Positions 59,702-64,000 of a stretch of 64,000 nt of DNA are shown here, piece after piece. The DNA comes from an uncultured Spirochaetota bacterium. Its GTDB lineage: Bacteria; Spirochaetota; Spirochaetia; SZUA-6; Fen-1364. The notes under the pieces were generated by a model, which saw only the letters and a program-made list of their open reading frames with translations, searched no databases and was not told the origin of the DNA. The position numbers and the translations under genes are program-made. Location of the stretch: assembly GCA_963745235.1 (NCBI GenBank), contig CAVUXE010000035.1, positions 128,001 to 192,000 on the forward strand, in the 5' to 3' direction. Within the stretch, counting starts at the first letter, position 1. Every line of letters begins with the position of its first letter.

Positions 59702-61377
59702 GACTTGCCTCGAACGGCCCCCTGCGATGCAGGGCCAACGCTTGCCGCGTAAGCATCAAGGAAGGAGCTCCCCGTCGACCTCACGGGGGGGCGGAACGCC
59801 GCCATCCTTCTCTGCCATTCTTTCGGGTCGATAAGAAGGTCGAGAGTTTTCCCGGGGATGTCAACGCGAATCCTGTCTCCGTCTTTCACAATGCCGAGGG
59901 GGCCGCCGGCGGCTGCCTCAGGGGTCACGTGACCGATGGAGGCCCCGCGGCTCGCTCCCGAGAACCTTCCGTCCGTGATCAAGGCCACCTCCTTGTCCAG
60001 CCCTATTCCCGCAATGGCCGATGTGGGTGAAAGCATCTCCCGCATGCCGGGTCCGCCCCGCGGACCTTCGTAGCGGATCACAACGACGTCGCCGGCACGT
60101 ATCTTTCCTCCCAGGATCGCCTCCTGCGCGCGCTCCTCGCAGTCGAAAACTCTCGCCGGTCCTTCGTGCACGAGCATGGAGGGGTCCACGGCCGCCTTCT
60201 TGACCACACATCCCTCGGGCGCGAGGTTGCCCTTCAGCACGGCAAGCCCTCCCTCGGCATGGTAGGGCTTTTCAGGCCGCGCAATGAAAGTTCCATCGGG
60301 TTCGGGCGCTTTTTCAAAAGACGCGGAGAGCGGCCTGCCGGACACCGTGACGGCCCGGTCATTGAGGCTGCCCATTTTCGCGAGCGTCTTCAGCACAGCC
60401 GGAATCCCGCCGGCCGAGTGCAGTTGCTCCATGTAATGGGGGCCGGAGGGCGCAAGCGAGCACAGGTGGGGGACCTGCGCGCTGATCCTGTCAAAGTCAT
60501 CCAGGGTGAGCTTCACCCCGGCGCAGGCCGCAATGGCGGGGAGGTGCAGCGCGGTGTTCGTGGACCCGCCAAGCGCCATGTCCAGCGCAACAGCGTTGAG
60601 GAACGCGTCCCGGGTCAGGATTTTCCGCGGACGAAGGTCTTCCACTACGGCCCTGACAGCCGCGCGCCCGGCCTCCCGCGCCAGCCGGCACCTGTCCGCG
60701 TAAACGGCCGGAATGGTCCCGTTTCCAGGGAGGGCAATTCCAAGCGCCTCCGCGAGGCAGTTCATGGAGTTTGCCGTGAAAAGCCCGGCGCAGGACCCGG
60801 TACCAGGGCACGCGCCGCACTCCAGGTCCTCGAGCTCCTGATCTCCCATTTTCCCGACGCCGTGCCTGCCCACGGCTTCGAAGACAGCTTCGAGCCCGAC
60901 CGGCCGACCCTCGAACCTGCCCGCCAGCATGGGCCCGCCGGAAACAAGGACAGAAGGGATGTCCAGCCGGGCAGCGGCCATCAGCATGCCGGGGACGATC
61001 TTGTCGCAGCTTGCCACCAGGACGAGGCCGTCCAGCCCGTGCGCCTGGGCGACGATCTCCACGGAGTCCGCAATCAGGTCCCTGCTGGGAAGCGAGTACT
61101 TCATCCCGGCGTGTCCCATGGCAAGGCCGTCACATACGCCGATGGTGCCGAACTCGCAGGCGATTCCGCCCTCGGACCAGATGCCTTCTTTCACGTGCTC
61201 CGCGACCTTGCGCAGGTCCCGGTGGCCCGGGATGAGCTCGCTGAAAGAGTTGGCGATGCCGATGACCGGCTTGCCGGCTGACGAGCGGTCCCATCCGAGG
61301 GCATGGAGGAGGCTCCTGTGCGGCGCGCGGGCCACCCCGTCCTGCACCGTCCCGCTTCTTCGATCCTTTGTTTCCAT
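59698..61377 (-). CDS. ilvD: Dihydroxy-acid dehydratase
   Basis: VCDGLAMGH; CDKIVPG; GGSTN; YEGPRGGPGMREM; TDGRFSG. Confidence 0.96.
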   Translation of the reverse strand: METKDRRSGTVQDGVARAPHRSLLHALGWDRSSAGKPVIGIANSFSELIPGHRDLRKVAEHVKEGIWSEGGIACEFGTIGVCDGLAMGHAGMKYSLPSRDLIADSVEIVAQAHGLDGLVLVASCDKIVPGMLMAAARLDIPSVLVSGGPMLAGRFEGRPVGLEAVFEAVGRHGVGKMGDQELEDLECGACPGTGSCAGLFTANSMNCLAEALGIALPGNGTIPAVYADRCRLAREAGRAAVRAVVEDLRPRKILTRDAFLNAVALDMALGGSTNTALHLPAIAACAGVKLTLDDFDRISAQVPHLCSLAPSGPHYMEQLHSAGGIPAVLKTLAKMGSLNDRAVTVSGRPLSASFEKAPEPDGTFIARPEKPYHAEGGLAVLKGNLAPEGCVVKKAAVDPSMLVHEGPARVFDCEERAQEAILGGKIRAGDVVVIRYEGPRGGPGMREMLSPTSAIAGIGLDKEVALITDGRFSGASRGASIGHVTPEAAAGGPLGIVKDGDRIRVDIPGKTLDLLIDPKEWQRRMAAFRPPVRSTGSSFLDAYAASVGPASQGAVRGKS

Positions 61378-61402
61378 GTATCCTTCTCCCTGTTGCCGAA
61401 AA

Positions 61403-61436
61403 TAAAAAGGGCCGTTCCCCCGAAGGAGAACGGCCC
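61403..61436 (-). terminator. Attenuator terminator upstream of ilvD
   Basis: GGGCCGTTCTCC-TTCG-GGGGAACGGCCC-TTTTT on minus strand. Confidence 0.85.
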
Positions 61437-61465
61437 GCTGAATACGCCTTTCTGGCGTCAGCGAT

Positions 61466-61567
61466 CTACCCCTCGGGGCGTCCGATTCTCCTTGCAAGGA
61501 GAAGGCTAATAAGGATGAGTCCACCGGAAATGAGGGAAGATATGGCGTGCTGACTTTCAACGCTCAT
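61466..61567 (-). CDS. ilv/leu operon leader peptide (33 aa)
   Basis: MSVESQHAISSLISGGLILISLLLARRIGRPEG*; Ile/Leu cluster directly ahead of terminator. Confidence 0.8.
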   Translation of the reverse strand: MSVESQHAISSLISGGLILISLLLARRIGRPEG

Positions 61568-61610
61568 GGTGAACAAATATATAGTGCGGCGGGGGTGCTG
61601 CTGTCAAGTA

Positions 61611-63099
61611 TCAGAAGGTGTTTTTCCGGTCTTCGAACGATTTCTGGAGGCGCTCGAGGACCTTCATGAACCTTTCCTCCGAATCGATCCCGAACTCGCC
61701 CAGGACCGGCTTCTCCAGCTGCTCGAAGGTCACGTACCTTCGCTCCATGTCGCTCATGGCGCTGGCCAGGTAGACGCAGAAGACGACTTCCTTGTACTGA
61801 ACGGGCACGCTGAGCGGATCGTGATGGTGCTTGATGCCGAAGACAAGCTGTTCGGGGAAGTTCCATTTGCGCGCAATGAGCGCGCCGATCTCCGCGTGGT
61901 TCAGCCCGAAGGAAAAACGCTCCAGGATCCGCGGCGGGATGTCCTTCTCCTTGCAGAACCTCGTCATCTGCTCCATGGCCTCCGGGTGGAGGTACGTGAC
62001 GATGATCTGGCCCAGGTCATGGAGGATGCCGGAGACGTACGCGTCGTCCAGCAGGTCGCTCTTCGGTCTGAAGCTTCGCGCCAGGAGGAACGCGTAGAAA
62101 GCGACCTTGAAGGAGTGGTCCCACAGGGGTTTCATCTCCGCGTACTGCTCGCGGAGGATCTTCATGGCTCCATAGGAGTAGAGCAGGTTCCTCAGTCCCT
62201 TCATCCCGACGATCTTCACTCCCTGGAGGATGTTGTTCACTCTCTGGGGAAGCATGTAGTAGGCGGAGTTCACCAGCTTCAGCAGGTCCGCGGTGAGAGC
62301 GGGGTCCATGGCAATGCGGGCGGAAATCCTGGTGACCGTTGCCTTGGGATCTTCCGTGAGCCTGATCAACTCCATCACGACCTCGGGGAAATGGGGCAGG
62401 GAGTCGACGTCCCGCACGATGGCCTGCGTCAGCACGTTGATCTTTTCCAGCTGGACCTTGCTCATGGGGATGAGAACGGAGGCGATGGTCATCCCGTCCC
62501 GCGCCTCGATGGAGAAAGCCTCTTCCCCCAGTCCGAGTCTCTTGAGAAATTGCAGGAGGATCAGGATTCCCAGGCCAGCTCCCTCCCGGGAATCGAGGGG
62601 CGCGGCAAGGGCCTCCACGAAGGAATGGTACGCTCGCGCTCGAGCAATGCGGTCGTAGATGCGCGCCTGCTCGCTGGTCGTCAGCTCCGCGGAGTTTCGC
62701 ACGGAAATGGCCAGGTTTCCGCCCGTGGTATGAAAGGTGACGCTGATGAAAAGCTGCCGCCTGCGCAGCCGCTCCAGCCAGTGCTCCAGGTGCAGCGTCA
62801 TCTCCGCGCGGAAGCCTCTCATGCCCCTCTCGTAGTCTTCGTCGCGGGTGATGTCCAGGCCCTTCTCCTCGAAATAGAGGCGCTTCGTGTTCGCCTTCTG
62901 CGCATTTGACGATGAGCTCTTTCAGGCAATAGGAGAGTGGCTCGAGGATCCGCTCCTGTCCGAGCTCGGCAAGGTATATTTCCAGGATCCTGTCCAGCAG
63001 CGCATGGGAATCGTGGGGGAGGCTGGTGAGCTTGAAGGTCAGGGGAACGGATCTGAGCGCAGCCCTCTGGATTTCCGCGATGTCGATCCGCGGGGCCAT
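61611..63099 (-). CDS. HDOD-domain protein with N-terminal ATPase-like domain, frameshift near 62905
   Basis: LKELIV..; EGAGLG; DPALTADLLKLVNSAYY; LWDHS; GILHDLG; HAEIGALIARKWNFP. Confidence 0.88.
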
Positions 63100-64000
63100 C
63101 AGGAGACCGTGCCGCGCAGTCGCTTCGGGGTCCGTGCCCTCTCGGGCGGGTCGACTCTTGCGGGGCGTTCCAGGAAGGCATCCAGCATCTGGATCCTTTT
63201 GAACGTCTCCCGGTTCGAAACGAAGACGTCCACGACGTCCGGATCGAAATGCGTGCCTCTCTCCGAGACGATGACCCTGACGGCCTCTTCGTGGGGGAGC
63301 GTCCCCTTGTAGCTGCGTTTGCTGGTGAGGGCATCGTAGACATCCGCCAGGGCCACGATGCGCGCGGAGAGCGGGATGTCTTCTCCCGCGAGGCCGTCCG
63401 GATATCCTGACCCGTCCCACCGCTCATGGTGGGACAAGGCGATCTCCTTCCCGATGGAAAGGAAAGACTCCCGTTTGAGCTCGCGGTCCACCGCCCTCAA
63501 CGCCTCGCCGCCCAGGCGGGCGTGCATCTTGATCTTTTCGAACTCCTCAGGGGACAGCCGCCCTGTCTTCCTCAGGACCGCCTCATCGAGCCCCATTTTC
63601 CCGACATCATGCAGCACGGAAGACAGGCAGAGATCTTCGATGTAGTCCGGAGTGATGTAGTCCGCGTACGGGGGCAAAATGGCCAGCCCGGTGGCGAGGA
63701 CCCGGGTGTATTCCCGGATCCTCTCCAGGTGCCTGCTGTTGTCCAGGTCGCGGTATTCGGTGAGCCGCGCGAACCCGAGGACGGCTCCGGACTGCGTCTC
63801 ACGGATCTGCTGGAAGGACTCCTGCAGCTTCCTTTCCAGCCGCACGCGCTCGGTGAGATCCCGCTCCATGATCGCGTAGGCGATGGTTTCCCCCGTGGTT
63901 GTGGTGAGCGCGGAATACGAGGCGTACGTGAACTTGACGCTTCCGTCCCGGCACTTTCGAGGCACGTCGGTTTCCACGAAACGCCCTTTGTTCGTGTCCA
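63099..64000 (-). CDS. PAS + HD-GYP phosphodiesterase (5' part beyond window)
   Basis: HLERI; LHDVGK; HHERWDGSGYP; ALADVYDALTSKRSYK. Confidence 0.92.
   Translation of the reverse strand, partial: DTNKGRFVETDVPRKCRDGSVKFTYASYSALTTTTGETIAYAIMERDLTERVRLERKLQESFQQIRETQSGAVLGFARLTEYRDLDNSRHLERIREYTRVLATGLAILPPYADYITPDYIEDLCLSSVLHDVGKMGLDEAVLRKTGRLSPEEFEKIKMHARLGGEALRAVDRELKRESFLSIGKEIALSHHERWDGSGYPDGLAGEDIPLSARIVALADVYDALTSKRSYKGTLPHEEAVRVIVSERGTHFDPDVVDVFVSNRETFKRIQMLDAFLERPARVDPPERARTPKRLRGTVS

Overview
GC-rich bacterial chromosomal segment, almost certainly from a spirochaete (two flaA sheath genes, flaB, flgF-G-A-I-J without flgH, long UPRT, HDOD protein). In order: branched-chain amino-acid ABC operon (livJ-H-M-G-F); tRNA-Thr followed by GGA-hairpin tandem repeats; an intact ISKra4/ISLre2-type IS with a 9-bp target duplication; a sigma28-driven rod/P-ring operon; an RpoS-like sigma factor with a sigma54 promoter; tsaD/apt; a group 3b [NiFe] hydrogenase with hypCDEF; fba; flaA-flaA; tRNA-Gln/Glu followed by an accessory region (SDR/TetR, HNH remnant, BrnTA and AbrB/PIN toxin-antitoxin pairs, ArsR-SQR-DsrE/F/H sulfur cluster); pgi; dps; a sugar ABC operon with a sigma54 promoter, divergent from an NtrC-type regulator and a soluble ABC-ATPase-PAS-histidine kinase fusion (the most unusual element); flaB; ilvD-ilvB-ilvN-leuA-cimA with an unannotated leader-peptide attenuator; and HDOD/HD-GYP genes. 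About a dozen conserved genes carry single-base frameshifts, most likely long-read assembly errors. All product calls come from motif recognition only; no searches were run.
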